The position numbers and the translations under genes are program-made. Under the pieces are notes generated by a model, which had not been told where the DNA came from, did no database searches, and worked only from the letters and a program-made list of their open reading frames with translations. From Puniceicoccales bacterium (lineage in GTDB: Bacteria > Verrucomicrobiota > Verrucomicrobiia > Opitutales > JAIRKQ01), in the NCBI GenBank assembly GCA_031266345.1, contig JAISBD010000004.1, forward strand, positions 10,103 to 74,102: 64,000 nt of DNA, read 5' to 3'. Positions 1 to 10,865 of this stretch are shown here, in pieces. Each line of letters begins with the position of its first letter. Within the stretch, counting starts at the first letter, position 1.

Positions 1-2
1 CC

Positions 3-569
3 ATTTGCCGGCAACACGTCCGACTCGGGAAAAAAATAGTTGTGGGTGTTGGAAATTTGGACGCCGAAATATTTTTTTGCGGCGAAGCACCGGGAGCCGA
101 TGAAGAGATTGCGGGGGAACCCTTCGTTGGTCGAGCGGGGCAACTATTGACGAAAATTATCGCCGCCATGGGGCTATCCCGCAGTGACGTCTACATTGGC
201 AACATCATGAATTGGCGGCCGGAAATGGAGAGCGCCGTTGGCAATCGACCACCCACCCGGGAGGAGATGCACTTTTGCCTGCCCTACCTCGAAGCACAGA
301 TCGAAGTCGTTCAGCCAAAAGTAATTGTCGCCCTCGGTGCAACGGCGGTCAATGGGCTACTCGGCTACGATTCATCCCGTCTGATGAAAAATATCCGCGG
401 CAAATGGTTTCAGTTCCACGGCCTACCCCTCATGGTAACCTTCCACCCCTCCTACCTGCTGCGCAATAGCACAATTGCCGCCAAGCGTACCGTCTGGGAG
501 GACATGCTAGCCGTGATGGAAAAGGTCTCCATGCCCATCTCGGAAAAGCAGCGAAATTTTTTCCTCTGA
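3..569 (+). CDS. udg: Uracil-DNA glycosylase, family 4 (5'-truncated by window edge)
   Basis: Motifs GEAPGADE, PFVGRAG, NRPPT, TFHPSYLLR; frame is open back to position 3. Confidence 0.92.
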   Translation: MCRQHVRLGKKIVVGVGNLDAEIFFCGEAPGADEEIAGEPFVGRAGQLLTKIIAAMGLSRSDVYIGNIMNWRPEMESAVGNRPPTREEMHFCLPYLEAQIEVVQPKVIVALGATAVNGLLGYDSSRLMKNIRGKWFQFHGLPLMVTFHPSYLLRNSTIAAKRTVWEDMLAVMEKVSMPISEKQRNFFL

Positions 570-779
570 CCCATTTTTGCCCCCGCTCCGCCCAGCCCAA
601 CGCGATTTTCCCCTATGTTTTGCTCCAAATGTGCGCAGCTGAGCTATTGGGGAATGGAAATTAGCCGGTTGGAGCTGGACAATTAGCGGGAAGATCGGTG
701 GACGGGCACATTGGTGCCTATTTTCTTTACAAGGAATGGGCAAAATATTGAATGCTAGTATTCAAAAAATTGGTATTCA

Positions 780-1502
780 ATGTTGCGGTGTTTTTGCAGT
801 GAAATAGGGGGGGCAAAAAGTGTTACGCTGAGCAGGGAGGAGAGCCATCACCTGGTAGCCGTGCTGCGTGCCAGTGGGGGAGCGGAAGTGGAATTGATCG
901 ACGGGTTGGGGACCGTTGCTAGGGGTTTCGTAAAAAAACCCGACAAAGCCGCAGCTCAAGTTGCCATCTCAAGCTCACGCGTGGAAAATAGGCGCTTCCA
1001 TTTATCCCTAATTCAAGCGGCGTTGACAAACGGTAATACGGAGTTCGTCCTGAAAGAAGCCTGTGCCATTGGGGTCTCCGAGATATGCATCCTGCAGGCG
1101 GAACGCTCGGAAGCGAAAATAAAAAATAAGCTCGAAGCAAAGCTTGCCCATTGGGCTAAATTGCTGATCGAGGCCTGCAAGCAATCCGGAAACCCATTCC
1201 TGCCTAAATTATCGTTTGCACAGAACATCGAATACTTGACCATCGCCGGGGGTGGGGCAAAATTTTTTGGCCACATTGGTGCGCCAGTGAAATACCTGAT
1301 TCAGGAATTGGGGGCGCTCGACAAACCCTGCAATATCGCAGTGGCGATAGGAGCCGAGGGGGATTTTTCCGAGAGGGAAAAAGAACTTCTCCTCGGGAAA
1401 AATTTTATCGGCTGTAAGCTTTCCAACAACGTTTTGCGCTCCGAAACCGCGGCGATCTATGCGCTGAGCGTGATAAATAGCCACATGAATTCCCTATGCT
1501 AG
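780..1502 (+). CDS. rsmE: 16S rRNA m3U1498 methyltransferase RsmE
   Basis: EESHHLVAVLR, EACKQSG, IGAEGDFS, LRSETAA SPOUT motifs. Confidence 0.9.
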   Translation: MLRCFCSEIGGAKSVTLSREESHHLVAVLRASGGAEVELIDGLGTVARGFVKKPDKAAAQVAISSSRVENRRFHLSLIQAALTNGNTEFVLKEACAIGVSEICILQAERSEAKIKNKLEAKLAHWAKLLIEACKQSGNPFLPKLSFAQNIEYLTIAGGGAKFFGHIGAPVKYLIQELGALDKPCNIAVAIGAEGDFSEREKELLLGKNFIGCKLSNNVLRSETAAIYALSVINSHMNSLC

Positions 1503-3634
1503 CTGACCAAAACAAGCGCGATGAGTTCACAAAAAATTTATCTCAAAATTTTTCCGTGATAGCATCCCCGGGGACGGGCAAAACAATGGCAATAACCGAG
1601 CGCATCGCCAACTTAGTCCGCTCAAGCCTGCCGGTCAAAAATTTTATCGCCGTCACCTACACCGATAGGGCGGCGAAGGAAATCCGGGAAAGGGTTTGGG
1701 CAAGAATTTTTGCCAGCGAAGGGAGCTCGGAAGCGGCGCTGAAAAATTTCAATGGGATTTTTTTTGGAACGATACATGGGTTTTGTGCAAAATTTTTGCG
1801 TGAACATTGCGCCAGAATAAACCTGAACCGGGACTTCGAAATAATCGACGATGACCGGGAACTTTGGCTAAAATTTACCGCTCGCTTGGATGGGGTCATC
1901 AATAAAATCGTCCCCCCTGAGTTGCGCAGTTGCTTGGCAAGCCACTTCAAATTCAATGAAATTTTGCGCCGGGTGCGGGAGATGGCGACACCCGCTGCCT
2001 GCGGCGGACAATTTGAGCCCGTGCCGATGCGCAGCATCTCCGAACTTTTAGCTTACAAAGCGGCGGCAAAGGAGGATAGAATTCGGAATTTTCAAGAAGA
2101 TTTAAAGGTTTGGATGGGTTCAAGGGATACCTGCTCATTCCCAGAGCTGGGAAAAATTGGCGAAAAAAAGTGCGGCAACAATTTTCACGGAAAAATGGGG
2201 GAATATTTACGCTGGAAAGCGGAAATGGAACAGCTCCTTGCGGCCAAAATCTTCGAAGAATATACCGCATTCAAAATCTTCAATAATCGCTTATGTTACA
2301 ATGACTTAACGAATTTAACTTTAAAAATTTTACTGGATAGGGGGTACGGAGAAAAGCATGTCCCGAACCACAACGTTATCCTGGATGAGGCACAGGACAG
2401 CGATGAAATTCAGTTTAAAATCCTACTGAACTTGGTTTCGCCGAATTTCTATGAAAAAATTTTTAGCGGCGGGGAGTGGAGCGCTCCCCAATTGGGTTCA
2501 TTTTCCATGGTCGGCGACCCCAAACAGTCCATTTACGCGGATAGGGCGGACGTAAAGTTCTACATTTCGGTGCACAATGGGCTCGCCAGCAGGAAATTTT
2601 TAAAGCAGCTGGACTTCAACGTTACCATGCGCTGCGCAAGTGAGATCGTCGAATTTGCCAATGCAAAATTTGAGCACGCATTCGCCGATAGCGCCGTGGA
2701 ATTCGTTCCCATGCGCGCCAAACCAGGAGCGCAGCGGGGATATGTGGAAATGCTGCGAGGCGAATCGGTGGAAACATTGGCCAAAATTTTATCCGGCAAA
2801 GCGTGCGGTGACCTGGGTGTGGCACACTTTAGCGACCTATGCGTCCTTGCACCGCGAAAATCGTGGCTAAGTGAAATAGCAACGCTCTGCAGAAGCAGCA
2901 AAACTTTGCCAAAGATGCAGCTCAGCTTCTCCGAATCCCTGGAAAACTCCCCATCGCTCCCAAAATGGACGGCTTCCATATTGCATTTTTTGAACAATAT
3001 CTGCGACCGGCGCGAACTCGCCGGAATGCTGCGAGAAATTTTTGGGATAAGCACGGCGGAGGTCATAAAATTTTTTAATCACAGCGACAGCGTTGTTTGC
3101 GAATCAATATTCGATGAACTTATCACCCTAAAACATGAGCAAAATCACCTTTCGCTGCCAAATTTTGTCAGAAGAATAATGGATAAATTTCACCTGGTAG
3201 CGAGGCTCAAATTGCTGGACATTTTCCTAGATGGGGAAATAGATGAGCACTATGAGTCCATCATGGATGCAACTTACCAACCAAGCTTGGGCTGCGACGA
3301 ATTGGAAAAAAAGCTGGTCGAAATGTACAAAAACCCGCAGACTTCTCCCCTGCTAGACCGGGATGCCATCCAATTGCTCTCATTCCACAAAAGCAAGGGC
3401 TTGGAATGGCCGGTGGTGATTTTACCATTCATGCATCGGGAGCGAAAATTGATGAATTCCAAGTCTGGATCAGGCTCAGATGCGTTGGAAAATGAGAGAC
3501 GGCTGCTCTTTGTCGCCTGCACGCGCGCAAAGGAAAAACTTATCCTGGTGGATGATTGCGATTTTCATAGGCCAAGCCACAGGTCAAATATGGTTTCTTC
3601 GGCTTCCCTGATGGACAGTTTTACTCAAAAATGA
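1496..3634 (+). CDS. UvrD/AddA-family SF1 DNA helicase (no C-terminal nuclease domain visible)
   Basis: ASPGTGKT, GTIHGFC, DEAQD, VGDPKQSIY, FHKSKGLEWPVV, ERRLLFVACTRAK. Confidence 0.88.
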   Translation: MLADQNKRDEFTKNLSQNFSVIASPGTGKTMAITERIANLVRSSLPVKNFIAVTYTDRAAKEIRERVWARIFASEGSSEAALKNFNGIFFGTIHGFCAKFLREHCARINLNRDFEIIDDDRELWLKFTARLDGVINKIVPPELRSCLASHFKFNEILRRVREMATPAACGGQFEPVPMRSISELLAYKAAAKEDRIRNFQEDLKVWMGSRDTCSFPELGKIGEKKCGNNFHGKMGEYLRWKAEMEQLLAAKIFEEYTAFKIFNNRLCYNDLTNLTLKILLDRGYGEKHVPNHNVILDEAQDSDEIQFKILLNLVSPNFYEKIFSGGEWSAPQLGSFSMVGDPKQSIYADRADVKFYISVHNGLASRKFLKQLDFNVTMRCASEIVEFANAKFEHAFADSAVEFVPMRAKPGAQRGYVEMLRGESVETLAKILSGKACGDLGVAHFSDLCVLAPRKSWLSEIATLCRSSKTLPKMQLSFSESLENSPSLPKWTASILHFLNNICDRRELAGMLREIFGISTAEVIKFFNHSDSVVCESIFDELITLKHEQNHLSLPNFVRRIMDKFHLVARLKLLDIFLDGEIDEHYESIMDATYQPSLGCDELEKKLVEMYKNPQTSPLLDRDAIQLLSFHKSKGLEWPVVILPFMHRERKLMNSKSGSGSDALENERRLLFVACTRAKEKLILVDDCDFHRPSHRSNMVSSASLMDSFTQK

Positions 3635-4808
3635 TGCGGTGGGCAGCATTCAGGAGCGCCTTGGGGTCAGCGGCTTTTAGGAGAAAAGACAGGTCGCCTT
3701 TGCCGTATTCTGCCCTGAAAATTTCCTGCTCCCCCATGAGGGATAGCAAATCTCCGAGCCAGGGACTGTATTCCAACCTGACCCCCACCACATTTATGCG
3801 GGTAAGCCCATTGATGACAGAAACTTCCGCGGGTAAAAGTGCACTAAAATTTGAGGTGTTTAGCTGGGAATATTCCAATAGGGAAACGGCGACTTCTGCG
3901 AGAAATTTCCCGGAAGTGTGCAATTTAGTGTGCTTCATGAAGTTGGCACTGACCCTGTTTTGCGCGAAAATTTTTAGAAAATCATCGAAAATATTTTTTT
4001 CAGAAAGCATGGAAATGAGCACCAAGTCCATCCTGTGGGTCAGGGCAATGGCGCAGTCCTCGCCGCATGGAGAGCCCTCCATAACCTGCGTCCTATCCCC
4101 GGGATTTTTACCAAACAGCGAAGCAATGGAAAAATTTATCCCCATTTTCTCGGCGAATGCCATGGAGCGGTCTTGCATGAGTTCATTGTCATAGAGCGCT
4201 TGCTTAAACAGGTCTCCGTGGGAAATTGTTTTCACCGCTATCGGTTTGTCGATGACGCGGGGGTCCCCGCTGAAAGCTCCATCGACGTCGGTGTAAATTT
4301 CGCACAAATCAGCCTTAAATCGGTGAGCTAGTGCTATGGCGGTCAGGTCCGATCCCCCCCTCCCCAGGGTCGTGGGACATAGATTTTCGTCGATGCCCTG
4401 AAAACCGGCAACTATGACCACTTGCCCCGCTCCTAAGCACTCCTCCACATCGCCACCAAAAATATTCCTTATCCTGGCATTGCCAAATGTGGAACAGGTA
4501 ACGATGCCGATTTGGTAGGCATTGCGGGAAACGGCTGGCACACCCATGCCATTGAGTGCGATTGCCAGCAACGCTGCGGTCTCATACTCTCCGATGCACA
4601 GCAAAGCATCCACCGCCGCCGCCGGTGGTTTGCTGGAGATTTCTTGCGCACGGCGTAGGAGGGAGTTGGTCACGCCGGCACGCGCGGAAACAACGATTAT
4701 CAGCTCATCGCCGAGCTCCGCACGCTCCCTAATGTGGGCAGCAACTACCCCGATCCGCTCGGCATCTCGCATCGATGTCCCACCATACTTCTGCACAACG
4801 CGGACCAT
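3621..4808 (-). CDS. lysC: Aspartate kinase
   Basis: VQKYGGTS, VVSA, TTLGRGGSDLTA, IYTDVDG. Confidence 0.92.
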   Translation of the reverse strand: MVRVVQKYGGTSMRDAERIGVVAAHIRERAELGDELIIVVSARAGVTNSLLRRAQEISSKPPAAAVDALLCIGEYETAALLAIALNGMGVPAVSRNAYQIGIVTCSTFGNARIRNIFGGDVEECLGAGQVVIVAGFQGIDENLCPTTLGRGGSDLTAIALAHRFKADLCEIYTDVDGAFSGDPRVIDKPIAVKTISHGDLFKQALYDNELMQDRSMAFAEKMGINFSIASLFGKNPGDRTQVMEGSPCGEDCAIALTHRMDLVLISMLSEKNIFDDFLKIFAQNRVSANFMKHTKLHTSGKFLAEVAVSLLEYSQLNTSNFSALLPAEVSVINGLTRINVVGVRLEYSPWLGDLLSLMGEQEIFRAEYGKGDLSFLLKAADPKALLNAAHRIIFE

Positions 4809-4814
4809 AAAATC

Positions 4815-5423
4815 CTACTGCTTCCCAAAGCGGTATTCGGAGCCGGCCCATAGTCGCCTAATGTTCCCCCTGTGGCACCAAAAAATTATTACGGCCATGG
4901 CAATGGCTAGGACGACGCTGTGCATATTGTAGCCAAATGCGAAGGATGTTATGGGTAAACTCAGGGCGAAGAACAGCGACGCCGCCGATACAAACCCCGT
5001 TGCGTGGAAGATGACGCACCACAGTAGTATGCCGATTATCGCCGTCCCCGGCATCAAAGCCGCAATCCCGCCCATTGTTACGGCAACACCCTTCCCCCCT
5101 TTGAACTTGAAAAATATGGGAAAATGGTGGCCTAGGACGACGCCCAATAGTGCGGCGATACCCAGATCGGCATCGGAGATAGTGTCCAGCGGCCGCATCC
5201 TCAAAATTAACATCACCAATACAAACGACTTGGAGAAATCCCCAATGAATGCCAAAATTCCGGCACACTTCCCAATCGTGCGCACAACATTTGTAGCCCC
5301 CGGATTCCCGCTTCCAAGCTTACTTATATCAACTTTGTAAAAATAGGACACCACCCGTGCAAACAATATGGACCCGACTAGGTATCCCAGGAACGCAAAA
5401 GAAAACACTGCACACAAATTCAT
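4815..5423 (-). CDS. plsY: Glycerol-3-phosphate acyltransferase PlsY
   Basis: GSGNPGATN, GHHFPIF.KFKGGKGVA, HRGNI.RL..GSE. Confidence 0.95.
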   Translation of the reverse strand: MNLCAVFSFAFLGYLVGSILFARVVSYFYKVDISKLGSGNPGATNVVRTIGKCAGILAFIGDFSKSFVLVMLILRMRPLDTISDADLGIAALLGVVLGHHFPIFFKFKGGKGVAVTMGGIAALMPGTAIIGILLWCVIFHATGFVSAASLFFALSLPITSFAFGYNMHSVVLAIAMAVIIFWCHRGNIRRLWAGSEYRFGKQ

Positions 5424-5475
5424 CTAACCGTCAAACCCATAGGCCCATGCACCGCGATTGCAACCATAAAATAAA

Positions 5476-6201
5476 CTAAAATTTAAAATCGCAACCGAGG
5501 TAAAGTTTTCGGCTCGCCTCATCATTTAATAGGGCATCGCGGTCGCCGTGGCACAGGACTCTGCCGCCGTAAATCAGGTAGGCGCGGTCAACGATGCTCA
5601 GCGTCTCCCGCACATTATGGTCCGTTATGAGCACGCCGATGCCGCGATTTTTTAGCGAAATAATAATTTTCTGCAGGTCGCTGACACTGATTGGGTCCAC
5701 GCCGCTAAAGGGCTCATCCAGCAGTAAAAATTTTGGGGCCAGCAGCAGAGTTCGGGCGATTTCGAGGCGCCGCTTTTCGCCGCCGGAGAGGGTGTAAGCC
5801 TTCTGCCTAGCGACGTGCGAGATGCGCAACTCCTCCAAAATTTTTTCGACCTGCCCGCGCCTCCTGTCCCTGTCCGCCTCCAAATATTCCGCAACCCCCA
5901 TCAAATTATCATAGGCGGTCAGCTTCCTAAAAACGGAGTCCTCCTGCGGCAGATAGCCGATGCCGAGTTGCGCCCGCTTGTACAAGGGGCGAGCGGTGAT
6001 GTCCACATCGCCGATAAAAATTTTCCCGGCACTGGCTTCAACGAGGCCGATAATCATGTAAAAAGTCGTTGTTTTCCCGGCTCCATTCGGGCCAAGCAGG
6101 CCCACTATTTCGCCGCTGCAAACCTCCACATCAACGCCATTTACAACAACTTTGTCGCCGTAAATTTTTACCAAATCCCTAGCTCGCAGCACTTCACTCA
6201 T
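5476..6201 (-). CDS. lptB: LPS export ABC ATPase LptB
   Basis: GPNGAGKTT, YLPQE.SVFRKL, LSGGEKRR, LITDHNVRETL; ATG at 6201 chosen. Confidence 0.95.
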   Translation of the reverse strand: MSEVLRARDLVKIYGDKVVVNGVDVEVCSGEIVGLLGPNGAGKTTTFYMIIGLVEASAGKIFIGDVDITARPLYKRAQLGIGYLPQEDSVFRKLTAYDNLMGVAEYLEADRDRRRGQVEKILEELRISHVARQKAYTLSGGEKRRLEIARTLLLAPKFLLLDEPFSGVDPISVSDLQKIIISLKNRGIGVLITDHNVRETLSIVDRAYLIYGGRVLCHGDRDALLNDEASRKLYLGCDFKF

Positions 6202-6745
6202 GGGGAGTATAATCCGTAAAATTTTCGGCGCCATCGCAAGGCTCTAATTTTTTATCGCGTGGCTGTTTCCCATCGATGCTATTTACTGAGATTGTGGACC
6301 GTCCGCTGGATTCAATTTCTATCGAATTTGAGTCTCGGCTCAGGAGTAATTTATCGCCGTGGGCGGTGCCGTCGGGGCTGGTTACGGTGGCGTTTCCGAG
6401 CAATGCCACCGTGCCTCGCGCCGGATCCACGACCATCTCATCCGCCGTCCCGCAGCGGCAATCCTGCGTAAATTTAACGCTGCCAAATGCGTGCAATTCC
6501 TTGATGGAAGTGGCACACTCACCGGTCCGCAAAAGATTATCTTCCTTTGGGAAAATCACTTCCAATCGCTCGCTGTGCAGCTCAAATTTATCGCCCGCCG
6601 CGGCCACATGCCCGGAGAACGAAAAAAGCATGCAATCGCTGCAATCCGTAACGGCGACGGAATCGCTCCTAACTTCAGTTTGCCCATGGGCGAAGCAAAG
6701 GGTGCCGAGGGCAAAAAACAGTACGCCGGCAAGATGCGCATTCAC
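6194..6745 (-). CDS. lptA: LptA/OstA-like LPS transport protein
   Basis: Signal peptide, beta-rich F.G.V and A.G.V pattern, directly upstream of lptB. Confidence 0.7.
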   Translation of the reverse strand: MNAHLAGVLFFALGTLCFAHGQTEVRSDSVAVTDCSDCMLFSFSGHVAAAGDKFELHSERLEVIFPKEDNLLRTGECATSIKELHAFGSVKFTQDCRCGTADEMVVDPARGTVALLGNATVTSPDGTAHGDKLLLSRDSNSIEIESSGRSTISVNSIDGKQPRDKKLEPCDGAENFTDYTPHE

Positions 6746-7248
6746 GGTGCTACAAACTCCGCTCCATCCCCATCAAACACAACCCTGACATCGCCGTCAG
6801 CCACAAACCTTCTCTCTCCGCCAAAAAATTTCCACCCCTTAGCCAGGGCCGTGAAATTTTTCCCGCTCACCGCAACCACGCCATCCCCCATGGCAAGATT
6901 TTCCGCCGGAATTAAATTGGCATATGCACTTTCAATGGTGAAAATTGCATCGCTGCTTTCCCCGCAACGGGTTATCAGCATGTTCAGCACGGCGATGGAG
7001 CCGTCTTCCTGGATTTCGCCGCTAAGCCCTGCAATTTCCCATACCTTTCTGCCATCAACATCAAATATCGGCAAATATAACCCCCGCGCAGGGGCAATGG
7101 GAACAATTTCCGACCTCGCATGGAGTAAGCTTGATATCAAAAAACTTATGAGTACCAGCTTCGATATGCGGTTCCAAAATGACTTCACACGAGCATTCAA
7201 TTTCACAAGGTGATTGCTATTAATGGGCAACATGGGCAGCTTTGGCAA
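6742..7248 (-). CDS. lptC: LptC-like protein (start uncertain)
   Basis: N-terminal hydrophobic segment, beta-rich body, lptC-lptA-lptB gene order. Confidence 0.55.
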   Translation of the reverse strand: MPKLPMLPINSNHLVKLNARVKSFWNRISKLVLISFLISSLLHARSEIVPIAPARGLYLPIFDVDGRKVWEIAGLSGEIQEDGSIAVLNMLITRCGESSDAIFTIESAYANLIPAENLAMGDGVVAVSGKNFTALAKGWKFFGGERRFVADGDVRVVFDGDGAEFVAP

Positions 7249-7603
7249 TAAAAAAAGGCTCCATTTCTTTTTTTTGCGAACGCTACCCTAGGATCAAGGC
7301 GCATGGATCAAGGGAGGGAAAAAAATAAACCCTCTGCGGGGATAAATGGCAAGACTGTTCGGAGTGGAAAATTTTCGAATAGCTGGCTTTCCCAACCGCA
7401 CTAGAGGGCCCCTTTATTCTCCCCGCTTTTTTTAAAGTACTTCGCTAACTCAAATTAGCTGGAAAACGCTCCCAGCTTTCCTTTGCTTTAACTTTTTTCG
7501 TGGATGCACTTCTGGTAAACCAAAGGTGAATTGAAAATTTTTTAGCATCCATTTCTCGCTTCCCCGATCCACTGCGAGTCTTGCGTTTGAGCGGACTAGG
7601 AAT

Positions 7604-7680
7604 TGGTCGGGGTGACTGGATTCGAACCAGCGACCTCTTGCTCCCAAAGCAAGCGCTCTACCAGGCTAAGCTACACCCCG
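7604..7680 (-). tRNA. tRNA-Pro(TGG), CCA encoded
   Basis: CGGGGTGTAGCTTAGCCTGGTAGAGC ... CTTGC-TTTGGGA-GCAAG ... GGTTCGAATCC ... CCCCGACCA. Confidence 0.97.
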
Positions 7681-7918
7681 CCAATAGGCCATAGGGTAGT
7701 ATGAGTAGCAAAATCTTTGTCAAGATTTAAAATTTAGCCCCGAATTGTCTCTGCTGTCTCTGAAAAAGAGGTGGGGTAAATTACCTGGAGCTTCATGGCA
7801 TGCGAGATTTGAGGTGAAATGCTGATAACCAAGTCAATCTGAGAAGCGGAGAATTGGTGCGATCTGACACAGTGCTTTATTGTCTTGCTCGCCCTGTGAG
7901 TTTCATTTTCCTTTTTTC

Positions 7919-8656
7919 ATGGAAATTCCTTTGAATTTGAACGTTGGCGAGCTGATTCGCCGGCCAAATCGTTTTATTTTCGAGGGTATTGCGGATGGTC
8001 GGGTGCAACGCTGGCACTGCCCGGTAACGGGAAGCATCGGACTAGTGGAAGACTTTCGGGGGGTACCCTGTCTGCTTACTCCAGCGAATGACATTGGAAA
8101 GCGCACAACGGAGGGCACTGTGGAAGCAATTTCGCTGAATCGGGGCAGGGATTGGATTGGCATAAATCAGAATCGCATCAATGGTTGGATGGAGTATTTT
8201 TTGAAGGAAAATGCTTTGCCGAGTATGATTAACAGTGCAGGATGTTCCGTGCGCCATGAGGTCAAAATCGATGATTCCCGCATAGATTTGGTGGTGGAAA
8301 GGGGAGAAAGATGTACATTTTTGGAGCTTAAAACCCCGATGCGAGACCTGCTCCTATCACCCAATGCCCACTTCACGCGGCCGCCATCCCCTTCCTACTT
8401 TGACCGCGGATTGCGCCACTTTGAAACCTTAGCCAGATTGGTTGAAGCTGGACATCGGGCCATTGTGGCTCTCTGTTTTATGTACGATGCGCCGCTGTTT
8501 GCCTCACCTGCGCGCGATAAATGGAATGCGAAAATCATCGATACCATTAGGGCTGCCAATCTCCGCGGTGTCGAAAACTGGCAAATTAATCTAAAAATCT
8601 CGCCGACTTCACTGAAAATTACGCTGTGCCAGGCGCGACCTTTTTGCCCAGATTAG
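7919..8656 (+). CDS. sfsA: SfsA-family DNA/RNA nuclease
   Basis: RRPNRF, HCPVTGS, SRIDL...FLELK (PD-(D/E)xK), RGLRH. Confidence 0.85.
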   Translation: MEIPLNLNVGELIRRPNRFIFEGIADGRVQRWHCPVTGSIGLVEDFRGVPCLLTPANDIGKRTTEGTVEAISLNRGRDWIGINQNRINGWMEYFLKENALPSMINSAGCSVRHEVKIDDSRIDLVVERGERCTFLELKTPMRDLLLSPNAHFTRPPSPSYFDRGLRHFETLARLVEAGHRAIVALCFMYDAPLFASPARDKWNAKIIDTIRAANLRGVENWQINLKISPTSLKITLCQARPFCPD

Positions 8657-8760
8657 AAATTTTTGAACAAAATATTCCACCGTTCAACGAATTAGCCCAA
8701 GCTTCGAGACTTCTTCTTTGAGCAAAGTAAGTTGTCTAGTGGCGAGTCGCGGCAGGGTTT

Positions 8761-10788
8761 CTAGGAAAGCAAATTGCCCTTGGAAAGGAAAGCCTCTTCA
8801 TCCCAAATTTCTATCCCCAATTCTTCCGCCTGGCTAAGTTTGGAGCCGGAGTTTGCTCCGCAGAGGAGGATATCAATTTTTTTGGAAATGGAGTTGGCAA
8901 CATTACCCCCCCTTGCCTCGATAATTTCCTTTGCCTGGGTCCGCGTAAATTTTTTCAACGTCCCGGTCAGGGCGAATGTTTTGCCATCAAAAATTTTTTC
9001 ACCCCCCTGGCGAAAAGTGGGTTTTAGCGATAAACAAACCCCGCATTGCTCCAAGTTTTTGAGGATGTTTTGGTTGCCTTCATTTGAAAAAAATTCGATG
9101 ATTGACCGCGCAATTTTTTCCCCGATTCCTTCAATGCAGGCCAGCTCCTCCACCGATGCAAGTGAAATTTCCCAAATCGATGAAAACTTTTTGCACAAAT
9201 CCTTGGCTGTTTGTTCCCCGATACCGAAAATACCCAGGCCATTGAGGAGCCGCCAGAGGGGGCGAGTCTTGCTCAGGTCAATATTTTTCAGGAGGTTAAG
9301 CGCTGATTTTTGCCCGAATTTTGGCAGCGCAATTAAATCGCCGTAGGTCAAATTGTATATGTCCGCCACTGTTTTTAAGCGGCCGCTGTGGACTAATTTT
9401 TCAATCACCGCTTCCCCAAGATTGTCGATGTCCATGGCGGATTTTGAAGCGAAATAGGAAATCTTGCACCTCAGCTGAGCCTTACAGGCCGGATTTGCGC
9501 ATCGCCACGCCACTTCATTTTCCCGCTTGATTAGGTTGTAACCGCATGCCGGGCAATGCGTTGGAAATGAAAATGGCTTGCAAATTTCGCTGCGCTTTGG
9601 CATGTCTACGGACACTATCGCCGGGATTATTTCGCCGGCTTTTTCGAGAAAAACATAGTCATTTATGCGAATATCCTTTTTTTCAATCTCGTCGGAATTA
9701 TGCAGGGTCGCACGGGAAACAATGCTCCCGGAAATTTCAATGGGTTCCAAGTCGGCCACCGGCGTCACGACACCGGTCCGCCCCACCTGCAAAATTATGT
9801 CTTTCAACTTCGTGGACACGCGCACCGGTGCAAACTTATAGGCGATTGCCCAGCGCGGTGCCTTGGCGGTGCTGCCCAAAATTTCATGCAAGCCTAGCTC
9901 ATTTATTTTCAAGACCGCCCCGTCGGTCCAATATTTGAAATGTTTCCGCTCCAAATCGAGCTCCTGGATGCATTCCCAGGCAGTTTCTACGTCCGCCGCC
10001 ACCCAATATTTTTCCTGCGTCGGGAATCCCCAGGCTAGGAGTTGCTTTAGGACATCGCCCTGCGTCCCCAAACTACCATCCGAAACACAGCCGACGGCGT
10101 AGGTTATGATTTTTAAGTGGCGAATTTGCACGTCCTGCGGATCCAAAGATTTTACCGTGCCAGCCGCCAAGTTGCGCGGGTTTGCGTATTCCTCCAAACC
10201 CTGGGACCGCCTCTGCTCATTGGCAGCCTCAAAAGTTTTTTCATCGATGAAAACTTCGCCCCGTATCTCAAGTCTCGCCGCACATTGATTTAGCACCCTG
10301 GGCAGGGATTGCACCGTTAGAATATTCCACGTCACATCGTCGCCAAACGTCCCATCGCCGCGCGTCAAAGCACGGATCAACTCGCCATTTTCGTAAATCA
10401 GGTTTATTGCGATGCCGTCTATCTTCGGCTCAACAATGTAGCTATAATCTTGCTCCGCCAGCTGCTTCTTCACCCGCCCATCGAATGCGACCAATTCGTC
10501 ACGGGAATAAGTATTCGACAAGCTTTGCATGGGAGTCAAGTGGGGATGTTTTTGAAACCCATTCGCCGAATCATTGCCCACGGAATCCTCCCCCGATTCC
10601 ATGCCGAAATTTGCTGCAATTTGTTCCAATCTAATGAGTTCAGCTTTTAAGCAATCGTACTCAAAATCGGAGATTTGCGGCTTATTTTCTCGGTAATACA
10701 GCCTGTCATGCAAGGCGATATCGTCGCGCAAATGCTGAAGTTTTTTTTCAATTCTTGCAGGGCTTTGACCGTTAAATTTCGTATTCAC
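8761..10788 (-). CDS. ligA: NAD-dependent DNA ligase
   Basis: EPKIDG, TRGDG, NPRNLAAG, PRWAIAYKF, Zn finger, BRCT. Confidence 0.98.
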   Translation of the reverse strand: MNTKFNGQSPARIEKKLQHLRDDIALHDRLYYRENKPQISDFEYDCLKAELIRLEQIAANFGMESGEDSVGNDSANGFQKHPHLTPMQSLSNTYSRDELVAFDGRVKKQLAEQDYSYIVEPKIDGIAINLIYENGELIRALTRGDGTFGDDVTWNILTVQSLPRVLNQCAARLEIRGEVFIDEKTFEAANEQRRSQGLEEYANPRNLAAGTVKSLDPQDVQIRHLKIITYAVGCVSDGSLGTQGDVLKQLLAWGFPTQEKYWVAADVETAWECIQELDLERKHFKYWTDGAVLKINELGLHEILGSTAKAPRWAIAYKFAPVRVSTKLKDIILQVGRTGVVTPVADLEPIEISGSIVSRATLHNSDEIEKKDIRINDYVFLEKAGEIIPAIVSVDMPKRSEICKPFSFPTHCPACGYNLIKRENEVAWRCANPACKAQLRCKISYFASKSAMDIDNLGEAVIEKLVHSGRLKTVADIYNLTYGDLIALPKFGQKSALNLLKNIDLSKTRPLWRLLNGLGIFGIGEQTAKDLCKKFSSIWEISLASVEELACIEGIGEKIARSIIEFFSNEGNQNILKNLEQCGVCLSLKPTFRQGGEKIFDGKTFALTGTLKKFTRTQAKEIIEARGGNVANSISKKIDILLCGANSGSKLSQAEELGIEIWDEEAFLSKGNLLS

Positions 10789-10865
10789 CTCTTTTTTTCA
10801 CTAAATCAAATTGTCGCCTTGTTTTTTCCAAGATTAAAGTTAGTTTTTCGACCATAATTTAAGCT

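Noticed and set aside
6359-7213. 284-aa plus-strand ORF
   Set aside because: Antisense shadow of lptA/lptC with no recognisable motifs
10789-10865. Possible oriC beside dnaN
   Set aside because: Only 77 nt, no dnaA and no TTATCCACA cluster
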